A stretch of 64,000 bases of DNA from a virus (lineage: Duplodnaviria > Caudoviricetes), in IMG/VR virus record IMGVR_UViG_3300027672_001612, positions 45,776 through 109,775 of that record; one strand, written 5' to 3'. The notes below the pieces were generated by a model. That model was given only the letters and a program-made list of their open reading frames with translations, was not told the origin of the DNA and did not search any database. Below are positions 48,308 through 58,169 of the stretch, one piece after another. A program made the translations under genes and the position numbers. Within the stretch, counting starts at the first letter, position 1; each line of letters starts with the position of its first letter.

Positions 48308-51001
48308 ATGAGTTACGTCGATGCATTCCACGACACAGCCAAAGATAAAATTTATGTAGCCGAACGAGTGAACGGCGAACGTAAGATTATCACACATCAG
48401 CCTGAGTACAACTTTTATTTTAGTGATCCTAAAGGCAAGAAGCGTAGTATTCATGATGAGCCAGTCACAGAGATTAGATGCAAAAGTCTCAAAGAGTTCA
48501 GGAAGAACATTGCTATTAATAGAGCAACTGGTAAGTTATATGAGACTGATGTTAAGCCTGTTAACAAAACACTAGAGAAGAACTATCTCAATATTGATCC
48601 ACCTAAACTACATACATGTTTCTTTGACATCGAGGTAGACTTTGATCCTGTTAACGGATTTAGTACGCCTGAAGATGCCCTCATGCCTATCACAGCAATT
48701 GGCTTTTATATGGACTGGATGGATACTATGGTATGTCTTGCAGTTCCACCGAAGACATTGACATGGGAACAGGCAGAGAACATTGCTAGTGCATACAAAG
48801 AAGTAATACTATTTAAAGACGAAGCAGAGATGCTTAGAACATTCCTACATTTGATTGATGATGCAGACATATTGTCCGGTTGGAACAGCGAGGGTTATGA
48901 TATCCCTTACACTATTAATAGGATCGTTAAGATACTAGGACGTAGTGCTACTAGGCAGATGTGTTTGTTTAATCAGTTACCCAAGGAGAGAATGTATGAG
49001 AACTTTGGTACAGAGAGACAGAGCTATGACCTAATTGGTCGTGTACACTTGGACTACTTACAACTATATCGTAAGTACAACTATGAGGAACGACACAGTT
49101 ATAGGCTAGATGCTATCGGAGAGATTGAACTAGGTGAGAAGAAAGTTGTCTATGATGGATCGCTTGACAGACTATACAATCATGACTTTGGTAGATTCTT
49201 AGAGTATAACATACAAGACGTTATGCTTATTGCTCGTATGGATAAGAAACTACAGTTCATTGACTTAGCTAATACTATTGCACATGACAACACCGTGCTA
49301 CTGTATACTACAATGGGTGCTGTGGCAACTACTGAACAAGCAATTATTAATGAAGCACACAGACGTGACATGGTAGTGCCAGATAGAAAGCGAGGTGGTA
49401 GTAAGAAAGGATCAGCGGCGGCTGGTGCCTTTGTGGCAACACCTAAGAAAGGCTTTCACGAATGGATTGGCAGTATGGATATTAACAGTCTGTACCCAAG
49501 TGTATTCCGTGCATTGAATATGGCTAACGAAACTATCGTTGGACAGTTGCGTCCTGACTTTACTGATGAAGAAGTTGAAGCAAAGATTAGATTAGAGAAG
49601 AGTTCATTTGCAGATGCTTGGCTAGGTAAGTTCGGATCAAACGAATACGAACTAGTTATGGAGCAAGACAATGCTCGTACAATGACATTGGATATGGAAG
49701 ACGGCACAACTGCAGAAGTAACAGGCAGTGATGTGTACAACTTAATATTCAACAGTGGTCAACCTTGGAGCATTAGTGCTAACGGAACTATATTTAAAAC
49801 AGACGTACTAGGCATTGTACCAGGCTTACTAGAGCGTTGGTATACTGAACGTCAAGTATTACAAGCAAAGAAGAAAGAAGCAACTACAGAGGCGGAGAAG
49901 GCATTCTATGACAAGCGACAGTTAGTTAAGAAGATTAACTTGAACAGTTTGTATGGTGCGATCCTAAACCCAGGCTGTAGATTCTTTGATAAACGTATTG
50001 GTCAGAGTACTACTTTGACCGGAAGGCGTATCACACGCCACATGGGAGCAAAAGTGAATGAGTTGCTCACAGGAAGTTACGATCATACAGGCGACACAAT
50101 CATTTATGGAGACACTGACTCAGTGTACTTCACGGCAACGCCTGCCTTACCTGATGATATGCATTTAGATATGGATAGTGCTGTCAGCTTGTATGATCGT
50201 ATCAGTGACCAGGTTAGTGATACCTTCCCAGACTTTATGAAGCAAGACTTTAATAGTCCAACAGAGATGGGTAGCGTTATTAAAGCAGGTAGAGAGGTAG
50301 TTGGTAAGTCAGGTATCTTTATTACTAAGAAGCGGTATGCAATCAAGTGTTTAGATATTGAAGGGTGGCAACCAGAAGGTGGCTATCTTAAAATTATGGG
50401 TATGGACATTAAGCGTTCAGACACACCTGAGTTCATACAAGACTTCCTAGAAGAGATACTAGACGATACACTTGAAGGAAAGCAAGAGCCAGAAGTTATA
50501 CAAATGATTAAAGACTTTAAAGAATCATTTGGTGAGTTAGATGCTTGGAGGAAAGGAATGCCTAAACGTGTTAACAACTTAACCAAGTACACTGACAAAC
50601 TTCGTAAGCAACAAAACAGTATGCCAACTGGCAGTACTATGTTTGGTATGACTGGAGCCGCCGATGATGGCGAGAACAAGATGATACCCGGACATGTTAG
50701 AGCTAGTATTAATTACAATGCTATGCGATTTGCTAACGGAGACAACTATAGTTTACAGATTATGGACGGTAGTAAAGTTGTAGTGTGCAGACTAAAGCCA
50801 AACCCAATGGGCTATACTAGTATGGCTTATCCTACAGATGAAATGCAGATTCCACAATGGTTTAAAGATATGCCGTTCGACGAAGACGCAATGGAAGAAG
50901 CAGTATTGGATAAGAAGATACAAAACGTACTAGGTGTAATGAATTGGGATCTTAAGAGTGCTAACGATAGTGCGGCATTCCAACAGTATTTTGAATTTTA
51001 A
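48308..51001 (+). CDS. polB: Family B DNA polymerase with proofreading exonuclease
   Basis: DIEV, WNSEGYD, YNIQD; DINSLYPS, KINLNSLYG, YGDTDS, KKRY. Confidence 0.97.
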   Translation: MSYVDAFHDTAKDKIYVAERVNGERKIITHQPEYNFYFSDPKGKKRSIHDEPVTEIRCKSLKEFRKNIAINRATGKLYETDVKPVNKTLEKNYLNIDPPKLHTCFFDIEVDFDPVNGFSTPEDALMPITAIGFYMDWMDTMVCLAVPPKTLTWEQAENIASAYKEVILFKDEAEMLRTFLHLIDDADILSGWNSEGYDIPYTINRIVKILGRSATRQMCLFNQLPKERMYENFGTERQSYDLIGRVHLDYLQLYRKYNYEERHSYRLDAIGEIELGEKKVVYDGSLDRLYNHDFGRFLEYNIQDVMLIARMDKKLQFIDLANTIAHDNTVLLYTTMGAVATTEQAIINEAHRRDMVVPDRKRGGSKKGSAAAGAFVATPKKGFHEWIGSMDINSLYPSVFRALNMANETIVGQLRPDFTDEEVEAKIRLEKSSFADAWLGKFGSNEYELVMEQDNARTMTLDMEDGTTAEVTGSDVYNLIFNSGQPWSISANGTIFKTDVLGIVPGLLERWYTERQVLQAKKKEATTEAEKAFYDKRQLVKKINLNSLYGAILNPGCRFFDKRIGQSTTLTGRRITRHMGAKVNELLTGSYDHTGDTIIYGDTDSVYFTATPALPDDMHLDMDSAVSLYDRISDQVSDTFPDFMKQDFNSPTEMGSVIKAGREVVGKSGIFITKKRYAIKCLDIEGWQPEGGYLKIMGMDIKRSDTPEFIQDFLEEILDDTLEGKQEPEVIQMIKDFKESFGELDAWRKGMPKRVNNLTKYTDKLRKQQNSMPTGSTMFGMTGAADDGENKMIPGHVRASINYNAMRFANGDNYSLQIMDGSKVVVCRLKPNPMGYTSMAYPTDEMQIPQWFKDMPFDEDAMEEAVLDKKIQNVLGVMNWDLKSANDSAAFQQYFEF

Positions 51002-51011
51002 GGCGAGATAG

Positions 51012-51404
51012 ATGAACCAAAAATGGAACACACAACCACTAACATCAGGCAGTGTAGTTATTAACACAGGGCTCGGTGGACCAGTAACAGTTAGTCCTAT
51101 GTCTAGTTGTACTCCCGCTCCTACGTTCACTACATCAGGAACAGCAATAAATCAAGGCACCATTACAGTAAGTGGCTCGGCAAACAGTAGCCCGACTGTT
51201 TATGCTGGAATGACTGGGAACAACAAGTGGAACACACTCATGGACCCGCCAGCAATTAATATAGGCGAACACGAACTCAGTGAAGAAACAGTTGGAGACT
51301 TACTAATTATGTTAGAGGTCGTCAAGAATCTGGATGATAGTAATCCAGTTAAAGATATGTTTAATACAATTAAAATGTTAAACAAGATTAAGGGCAAGAA
51401 ATAA
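51012..51404 (+). CDS. Hypothetical protein with low-complexity N-terminus
   Basis: ORF between polB and clamp. Confidence 0.55.
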   Translation: MNQKWNTQPLTSGSVVINTGLGGPVTVSPMSSCTPAPTFTTSGTAINQGTITVSGSANSSPTVYAGMTGNNKWNTLMDPPAINIGEHELSEETVGDLLIMLEVVKNLDDSNPVKDMFNTIKMLNKIKGKK

Positions 51405-51464
51405 CTTGACTTGCCTAAATAAAAGTAGTATAATGTTGAAACGAATTCATTTACCGGAGAAAAT

Positions 51465-52217
51465 ATGAATAATTATGTAAAAGACTTTTTTAAAGACGTA
51501 CTAAGACATACACATGGTCTAGGCATCTTTGAAATGGCAAAAATTAGAGGAACAACTGAGCTTACTGAGATTGAAACAGTTGATGCAGATAAGACAGTTA
51601 TTGTTAAAGGATTTAGTATTAATCCTGTAGTAGACTTTGCAGATGCAACTATTGGTCTAAGCAGAATGGGTGTACTACAAGGCTTTATTAACTATCCAGG
51701 CTTTGATGCCGACGATGCTACAGTTGAAGTAGTTACACAAGACAGGAACGGAACTGAAACTCCTGTTGAAGTTAAGTTTAAAGACACAACTGGAACAGAT
51801 GCACATTATAGATTTATGTTAGCAGATGTTATTAACCAACAACTTAAAGACATTAAGTTTAAAGGTGCAGAGTTTGACGTAAACATTTTACCAAGTGTTA
51901 AAGCGTTAAAGGATTTAGCATACTTTAATGGCGTACAAGCAGGCTATGAAGCAAACTTTACACCTAAGACAGAGAACGGTGCATTGTACTTCCTAGTTGG
52001 CGGTGATGCAAGTGACAGGACTAAGATCCTAATTGATAACAATGTTGAAGGCGACCTTACTTCCGAATGGAACTGGCCCTTAGATATCGTGTTAAAGATT
52101 CTTAGACTTGGAGACAATAGCAACTTAGTATTAAGTATTAACAATCAAGGCTTACTACAAATTAAAGTAGACAGTGGCTTAGGCATTTATACTTACTTAC
52201 TACCAGCGAGAAGATAA
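51465..52217 (+). CDS. Sliding clamp (T4 gp45-like)
   Basis: 250 aa, beta-rich, ends YTYLLPA, next to polB; clamp loader present in the window. Confidence 0.65.
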   Translation: MNNYVKDFFKDVLRHTHGLGIFEMAKIRGTTELTEIETVDADKTVIVKGFSINPVVDFADATIGLSRMGVLQGFINYPGFDADDATVEVVTQDRNGTETPVEVKFKDTTGTDAHYRFMLADVINQQLKDIKFKGAEFDVNILPSVKALKDLAYFNGVQAGYEANFTPKTENGALYFLVGGDASDRTKILIDNNVEGDLTSEWNWPLDIVLKILRLGDNSNLVLSINNQGLLQIKVDSGLGIYTYLLPARR

Positions 52218-52219
52218 GC

Positions 52220-53755
52220 ATGAGAGATTTATCCAAGACGCATAGTGACTATGCAACATTTTTACCTGCGGTAAGCGGCTTTATGACAGAGTTGTTAGGC
52301 AGATGTAAGAGTGTGCCTGGATATATCCCTGAAGGCAGAGTCCCGAATGGATTTGAGCATGGCTTCGAAGGCATGAACTTCCTGGATAAAGAGAAAGGCT
52401 ACTACTATTATAACAAAGCACTTTATAGTGCCGGTCATGCTTACTTGGACATAGAGAAGAGTAAGGTAATGGAACACATTATACAAAACAGAGACAGAAC
52501 TAACACAACTATTGTAGGCGACTCCGGTGGTTTCCAGATTGGTAAAGGTGTTATTAAGTTTGACTGGGAAAACTTCTTCGAGAAGCCTGGTGATGTTGGA
52601 TACAAAGGTGATGCTGATAGAGTTAGAGGTAAGATCCTCAACTGGTTAGAACATACAGCAGACTGGAGTATGACATTTGATGTTCCGAGTTGGGCATGTA
52701 AGCCTGGCTTTAAAGAGAAGACTGGACTACAGAACTTCGACGAATGCTTGAAGTGTACTGCATACAACCTAGATTGGTTTATGGATCACAGACAAGGCAA
52801 CACAAAGTTCCTTAATGTATTACAAGGAACATACTGGGACGATGCTGAAGAATGGTATCAGAAGGTAAAAGACTACGACACAGAAGGTTGGGGCATGGGT
52901 GGTAACAATATCCGCGACATGCACATGGCACTGAAACGTATCATTACTTTGCGTGATGATGAGAAGTTACAAGACAGAGATTGGATTCACTTCTTGGGTA
53001 CTAGTAAACTTGAATGGGGTGTAATGCTTACAAGCATACAGCGACAGTTAAGAGAACATGTTAACCCTAACATCACAGTTAGTTTTGATTGTGCTAGTCC
53101 ATACATTAGTAGTGCAAACGGTTTAGTATACACAAGAAACAAAGTTACTAGTAATCAGATGAGTTACATTATGGAGAAGTGTTTTGATAACAAAGCATTT
53201 AGTCATCACTCACCTGGCAACTTGTCTAACAATCCTTTCCCTTGGGAGAGTGAGATTGGTAGCAGACTAGTTACTGGTGATGTTAATTGGTATGCTCCGG
53301 GTATGCTGAACAAGATCCACAAGGAAGGTAAGACTTCATGGGATAGTTTCACATACGGCTTACTGATGTCACACAATGTATACATGCATATTAGAGCAGT
53401 ACAAGAAGCAAACAGCCTAGCAACATTAGAATGCGAGAACTACCAACTAGATTGGAGAAACTGGCAGAAGAAAGGTAAGAAACTTAATCAAGAAAGTTTA
53501 TACACGCCTAGAAATATGTTGATGTTTGATACATTTGTTAAAGAACTATTCACTAGTGATGATCCTCACAAACTATTAGACGATGCTAAACTGTTCTTAG
53601 ATGATGTTAGTAATAACAAACACAAAGATGCAGACACGGCATTCAACTCCTCACCTACTAGTTCTTTCTTCGATGAAGAAGTAGAGCAACAAGTAGAAGG
53701 AGAGTTTGATCAAATGATGGAAGACTCACTAACAAACTTGGCGGCGGAGTTATAG
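52220..53755 (+). CDS. dpdA: TGT-fold transglycosylase, DpdA-like (7-deazaguanine insertion into DNA)
   Basis: DSGGFQ, MTFDVP, NVLQG, GWGMGG, IHFLG, SFDCASP, HN; clustered with folE and queE. Confidence 0.8.
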   Translation: MRDLSKTHSDYATFLPAVSGFMTELLGRCKSVPGYIPEGRVPNGFEHGFEGMNFLDKEKGYYYYNKALYSAGHAYLDIEKSKVMEHIIQNRDRTNTTIVGDSGGFQIGKGVIKFDWENFFEKPGDVGYKGDADRVRGKILNWLEHTADWSMTFDVPSWACKPGFKEKTGLQNFDECLKCTAYNLDWFMDHRQGNTKFLNVLQGTYWDDAEEWYQKVKDYDTEGWGMGGNNIRDMHMALKRIITLRDDEKLQDRDWIHFLGTSKLEWGVMLTSIQRQLREHVNPNITVSFDCASPYISSANGLVYTRNKVTSNQMSYIMEKCFDNKAFSHHSPGNLSNNPFPWESEIGSRLVTGDVNWYAPGMLNKIHKEGKTSWDSFTYGLLMSHNVYMHIRAVQEANSLATLECENYQLDWRNWQKKGKKLNQESLYTPRNMLMFDTFVKELFTSDDPHKLLDDAKLFLDDVSNNKHKDADTAFNSSPTSSFFDEEVEQQVEGEFDQMMEDSLTNLAAEL

Positions 53756-53756
53756 A

Positions 53757-54638
53757 ATGAATGCACTACTTGTTGGGTTAGGAGGCATAGGCAGTAATGT
53801 TTATCTCCCTGAACTTATTAAACTAGGCTATACTGTAGACACAGTAGATCCTTTAGTAGGTGGTGCAACATTCGAAGATACAAAACAAGTGACTGACCAA
53901 TATGATGTGGCAGTCATTTGTACACCTAACTTCACACACGATTCAATTGCTAGACTATTAGCAGACAAAGTAGAAACTATATTCATTGAGAAGCCTGGCT
54001 TGCCAAGTTCATCACAATGGAATAACCTTTGCGAAGACCACCCACACACTAAGTTTATCCTATGTAAGAATAACTTATATAGAAATAATTATGGTGCTGT
54101 AGATGACTTTTTAAAAGGAGATGAGGAACTCACTGGTATAGACATTACTTGGTTTAGTGCTGATAGAATACCAAATCCTGGTGGCTGGAGTACACAAAGA
54201 CGTAAAGCATGGGGAGGAGTTGCATTAGATTTGTTCCCACATTTGTATTGTCAGCTGATTAAGATATTCGGTGGTGTTCCAAGCATGGAACGTAGTAGCC
54301 ACAGCATGGCACAACAACATGTATTAGATGACCTAACTGGTAGTGACTATGGCACATTAACTAACAACGGTATATACAACGTATGTGACTATGCTCAAGA
54401 GACATGGTACATCGACGACAAGTATCCTATTAATGTTAGAGCTAGTTGGAAACAAGGTTACGATAACCAAAGTGTTAAGATATATACTGAGAGTAGTATG
54501 TACCAATGGAACTTTGGCTTATGTCCTGCAGACGCATACGGCAGTATGATAGCTGTAGGTGTAACAGAACCATATGAATTACACAGACATATTGATACGT
54601 GGATACATAAGAACCTAGAGGCATACCATGAAGGTTAA
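53757..54638 (+). CDS. Gfo/Idh/MocA-family oxidoreductase
   Basis: GLGGIG, CTPNFTH, IEKP, GGVALDLFPH. Confidence 0.88.
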   Translation: MNALLVGLGGIGSNVYLPELIKLGYTVDTVDPLVGGATFEDTKQVTDQYDVAVICTPNFTHDSIARLLADKVETIFIEKPGLPSSSQWNNLCEDHPHTKFILCKNNLYRNNYGAVDDFLKGDEELTGIDITWFSADRIPNPGGWSTQRRKAWGGVALDLFPHLYCQLIKIFGGVPSMERSSHSMAQQHVLDDLTGSDYGTLTNNGIYNVCDYAQETWYIDDKYPINVRASWKQGYDNQSVKIYTESSMYQWNFGLCPADAYGSMIAVGVTEPYELHRHIDTWIHKNLEAYHEG

Positions 54639-55524
54639 ACAATACTATACAACTGGTATGATGGATATTATCAAGCAAGAATATGATGTGCCTACATTAG
54701 AAGTCAATGAGATAGCCGTAAAGAGTGTTTACACTGGTGTTTGTAGTAGTGATGTAGCAATGTATAAGGGAGAGTTTCCTTTACTACCTACTCACATGCA
54801 TGGACACGAATCACTTGGTAAGGTTTTAGAGATTGGATCAGGTATATTTAATGTAGAAGTCGGCGACTATGTTGCCACAAGAGGCGAACCAGCCTACGCA
54901 GAGCGTTACAATGCGCCACAAGGCACGTTTGTTAAGGTTCCTGAAGCAAGTCCTAAGTATATAATTGAGCCTGTTGCATGTGCTATTAACATTGCACAAA
55001 GCGTTGGAAATATAGGAAAGAACAAGCAAGTATGTATTATTGGCACAGGCTTTTTAGCGAGAGTTTTGTATCAGTACATCAAGTTTAGCCTAAATACTAA
55101 TATAGATGTAGTAGGTAGAAGTGGAATGGACTTCTGGGAAGAACAAACTAATGTAATAGTTAAGGACAGACCTTCAAAGGAATACGATATAGTATTTGAT
55201 TTAAGTTCTAGTCCATCTCATTTTGAGAACATTGACGTTAGACCTAACGGACATTATGTTGTTGGTGCAGAGAAATCTACGCCAGTCAGCACAGACTTTA
55301 GTAAGTTCCTTTGGAACAATATTAAAATACATTGTCCTAGTCCAAGAGACGATAAGTTTATAGAGTGTATGAGAATTGGTGTTGTAATGGTGCGTGAAGG
55401 CAGTATAGAAGTTGCTGACATGTGGACACACTCGTACAATAGTTTTAATCAAGTGCCAATAGCATTTGCTGAGAACATAACAAAGAAGCCTGGAATGGGT
55501 AGGAGTTATATAGAATGGACATGA
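54628..55524 (+). CDS. Zn-dependent medium-chain dehydrogenase
   Basis: GVCSSD, GHESLG, VGDYV, IEPVAC, IGTGFL. Confidence 0.85.
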   Translation: MKVKQYYTTGMMDIIKQEYDVPTLEVNEIAVKSVYTGVCSSDVAMYKGEFPLLPTHMHGHESLGKVLEIGSGIFNVEVGDYVATRGEPAYAERYNAPQGTFVKVPEASPKYIIEPVACAINIAQSVGNIGKNKQVCIIGTGFLARVLYQYIKFSLNTNIDVVGRSGMDFWEEQTNVIVKDRPSKEYDIVFDLSSSPSHFENIDVRPNGHYVVGAEKSTPVSTDFSKFLWNNIKIHCPSPRDDKFIECMRIGVVMVREGSIEVADMWTHSYNSFNQVPIAFAENITKKPGMGRSYIEWT

Positions 55525-55694
55525 TGGATATTAACATGATTATCTTTATGTCGGTACTATTCATAGTAACATTGTATGCCGTATATAAAGTGTTCACCGG
55601 AGAAGGTGGTACGAAAGGTATAAAAGAAGAGTACACTAGTCCATCGGGTAAGAAGAGAACAGCGACAAAAGACAGAGGAGATTACATAGTATGA
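55521..55694 (+). CDS. 57-aa single-TM protein (not in ORF track)
   Basis: ATGA overlaps at both ends; hydrophobic N-terminus. Confidence 0.55.
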   Translation: MMDINMIIFMSVLFIVTLYAVYKVFTGEGGTKGIKEEYTSPSGKKRTATKDRGDYIV

Positions 55695-56221
55695 CGACAG
55701 TAGAAGGCAGAGATAACTTTGGAGAAGATCCTAAGTTTTTTATAGGTATTGAAGTAGAGCGTACTCCGTTGTATGGTAAGAAAACATTGTTTGTTATTGG
55801 CAAACAGAACTCTAAAGAGATATTACAGCGGTGCTTAGACAACGGCATTGACCATGCGTACTTAGGTTGTGCTAACTCTTTCCAACCCGGCGAGGATGCA
55901 GACCAATGGGATCAGTGGGATCATATAATTTCAGAGCTAATAAAAGCAGACATTTGGATAACACTGGACTTTGATAGTGCTTACGCAAATCACCAATGGT
56001 TTCATGACAACGGCTGGAATGACTATAATAAGTTTGTGCCTATGATTGCTGTTAGGTTACCTGCTATAAAACTGTTTAACTATAACACAACTGTTAAGTT
56101 AGACGACAGTTCCTTTAAAGGAACTAACACAGGTGTTTGGTGTCATCAGTTGCATGACTTGATGGATAGATCCAAATACACCGATTGGTCCGACTATGTT
56201 GGAGACGAAGTAATTGATTAA
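55691..56221 (+). CDS. Hypothetical protein in the modification cluster
   Basis: GAGG RBS; FFIGIEVERTP, KLDD..F..TN.GVWCH. Confidence 0.7.
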   Translation: MTTVEGRDNFGEDPKFFIGIEVERTPLYGKKTLFVIGKQNSKEILQRCLDNGIDHAYLGCANSFQPGEDADQWDQWDHIISELIKADIWITLDFDSAYANHQWFHDNGWNDYNKFVPMIAVRLPAIKLFNYNTTVKLDDSSFKGTNTGVWCHQLHDLMDRSKYTDWSDYVGDEVID

Positions 56222-56287
56222 TTACCAAAAAAAATGGTTGACATGTGCCAGTAAAGAACATATAATATATATTAATGTGAAGAACTT

Positions 56288-56500
56288 ATGAAGATAAAAT
56301 TTGAAATAGAACTAGATACGAATGACGATGCTGACATTGGACATGAACTCATGGACCTTGTTACTGCATTTAAGGCAAAGCTAGAAGACTTTAACCAACA
56401 AGACTTGGACGAAGAGATGGAAGAATACGAAGAAGAAATCGTAGCAGAGAATCCTAAGCCCAAGAGAAGTAGATATAAAGGAAGGAGACGAAACAGTTGA
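56288..56500 (+). CDS. Hypothetical protein
   Basis: After TTGACA-17-TATAAT (56238-56266); acidic then basic tail. Confidence 0.6.
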   Translation: MKIKFEIELDTNDDADIGHELMDLVTAFKAKLEDFNQQDLDEEMEEYEEEIVAENPKPKRSRYKGRRRNS

Positions 56501-56703
56501 TATTAGATTTTGTAATAATTGTTATAGGTATATCAGTAGGTTTAGCCTCTGGTTATATGCTATGGGAATCAAGTGTAATGTTAACAGAGCGTAATAAATT
56601 GAGAAAGTTTACAGGCAAGTATTACGACTTTGAGATTACAGAAGCATTGGACAAAATGAACATCACTAGACAACAGGCTCTGGACGAGCTAAAGGACAAG
56701 TAA
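56497..56703 (+). CDS. Small membrane-anchored protein
   Basis: AGGAG RBS, N-terminal TM helix. Confidence 0.55.
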   Translation: MILDFVIIVIGISVGLASGYMLWESSVMLTERNKLRKFTGKYYDFEITEALDKMNITRQQALDELKDK

Positions 56704-57389
56704 TGACTAAATTCGATAAAAACTTCCACATCAACTTTAGCCCACTATATATTGTAGCGGCTATTATGGTGTTTATGCTATGGGCTCAAGAAGCCAATGC
56801 AGACACTAGCATTAGTGGAGGCGGAGACTTTTTTAATGTAGATGAAGATGTACAGATTAACTTAGACTTCGACCATAGAAAAGATTTAGAGAACGGTTGG
56901 CAGTACACAATTGAAGCAGACTTTTATACAAGTTATGCAGACAGTGACAAGCGTCAACAAAGTTTGTATACTAACTGGAAGCTCAACAAAGACATCAACG
57001 AAAAGATGTATGTACTTGCAGTATTACAAACAGATGCTGATAAGTTTAGAGACTACTCACTAAGAACAGTAGCAGGACTTGGGTACGGATACAAATTATT
57101 TAAGAACGACAAGTGGAAGATTAGTACAGAGTCATCATTGGCATATTTGAAAGCTATGGATACTGAACTGATTCTACGAACTAGTGTGTGGATAGAATGG
57201 AAGCCCACAGCAAATTTAACATTAACTAATAAAATACTACACGAAAACAGTGATGAGTATTACTTGAGAATGGAACAAGAACTTAGTTATGCGATTACAG
57301 AAAGATTTAGTATTGGTTTAGCAAACGAATACACACAGGATTACGAAGATGAAAGCATCTTCATGTTTAACTTTAAGGTGAAACTTTGA
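56703..57389 (+). CDS. Outer-membrane beta-barrel protein (DUF481-like)
   Basis: Signal peptide ending ANA; alternating beta strands; D.F....R..AGLGYGY. Confidence 0.7.
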   Translation: MTKFDKNFHINFSPLYIVAAIMVFMLWAQEANADTSISGGGDFFNVDEDVQINLDFDHRKDLENGWQYTIEADFYTSYADSDKRQQSLYTNWKLNKDINEKMYVLAVLQTDADKFRDYSLRTVAGLGYGYKLFKNDKWKISTESSLAYLKAMDTELILRTSVWIEWKPTANLTLTNKILHENSDEYYLRMEQELSYAITERFSIGLANEYTQDYEDESIFMFNFKVKL

Positions 57390-57467
57390 GTAAGGCAAGT
57401 AATATTTTGAAGGAATTACCTTTAGAATTAATAACCGAAGGTAAGACTTCACAAAGAGAGAAATAAA

Positions 57468-57665
57468 ATGGCAAATGGAACAGTAAAATGGTTTAATACA
57501 TCTAAAGGTTTTGGATTTATTACGCCTGACGACGGTGGAAAAGATGTGTTCGCACATTTTTCAGCTATAAAAACAGACGGGTATGCTTCACTTGATGAGA
57601 ATCAAAAAGTATCATACGATGTCGAAGATGGACCGAAAGGCCCACAAGCAACTAATATTGTATAA
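57468..57665 (+). CDS. cspA: Cold-shock protein
   Basis: GTVKWFN..KGFGFI, DVFAHFS, KGPQA.N. Confidence 0.97.
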   Translation: MANGTVKWFNTSKGFGFITPDDGGKDVFAHFSAIKTDGYASLDENQKVSYDVEDGPKGPQATNIV

Positions 57666-57671
57666 GGAATA

Positions 57672-58145
57672 TTGATGAGAAGTATTTGGGTAACATTTAC
57701 GAAGGAAGGAATTCACAAGTATCCTGGAGCAGACACGGATCCTAAACTCGCTACTGGCGGTTGGGACGATGTATCTTTTCTAGGTTATCCTCACAGACAT
57801 ACTTTTTACTTTAGAGTTTGGATAGAAATATTCCATAACGATAGAGACATTGAATTTATACAGTTTAAACGCTGGCTAGAAAGGTTGTATAGCGGAGACG
57901 TTATACAACTGGACTTTAAGTCATGCGAAATGATTGCAGATGAATTAGCGACAGAGATACAAGTAAAGTATCCTAATCGTGATATAAAGATTTCAGTAGC
58001 CGAAGATAATGAAAACGGGTGCGAGATAGATTATCCATACAGTGATGTTCCGGTAACGGATAGAGCTGAGGGTAGTTGGTATGAGGGTGGTAACCCTTAT
58101 AAGGACGACAGTCAAGCAACTTATGTTAAGGGACTTGATGATTAA
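57672..58145 (+). CDS. QueD-like T-fold protein with LxxxHRHxF motif (DpdL-type, putative CDG decarboxylase)
   Basis: EGIH, LGYPHRHTF in place of CxxxHGH, SCEMIA, VAED. Confidence 0.7.
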   Translation: MMRSIWVTFTKEGIHKYPGADTDPKLATGGWDDVSFLGYPHRHTFYFRVWIEIFHNDRDIEFIQFKRWLERLYSGDVIQLDFKSCEMIADELATEIQVKYPNRDIKISVAEDNENGCEIDYPYSDVPVTDRAEGSWYEGGNPYKDDSQATYVKGLDD

Positions 58146-58169
58146 TAAACAATTCTTAAGGAGAATATT

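Noticed and set aside
48308-51001. Intein or intron in polB
   Set aside because: Ordinary length, contiguous motifs, no intein terminal or LAGLIDADG signatures
52220-53755. Canonical tRNA-guanine transglycosylase (tgt)
   Set aside because: Lacks the CxCxxC zinc motif of bacterial Tgt and lies beside replication genes, which favours a DNA-acting DpdA
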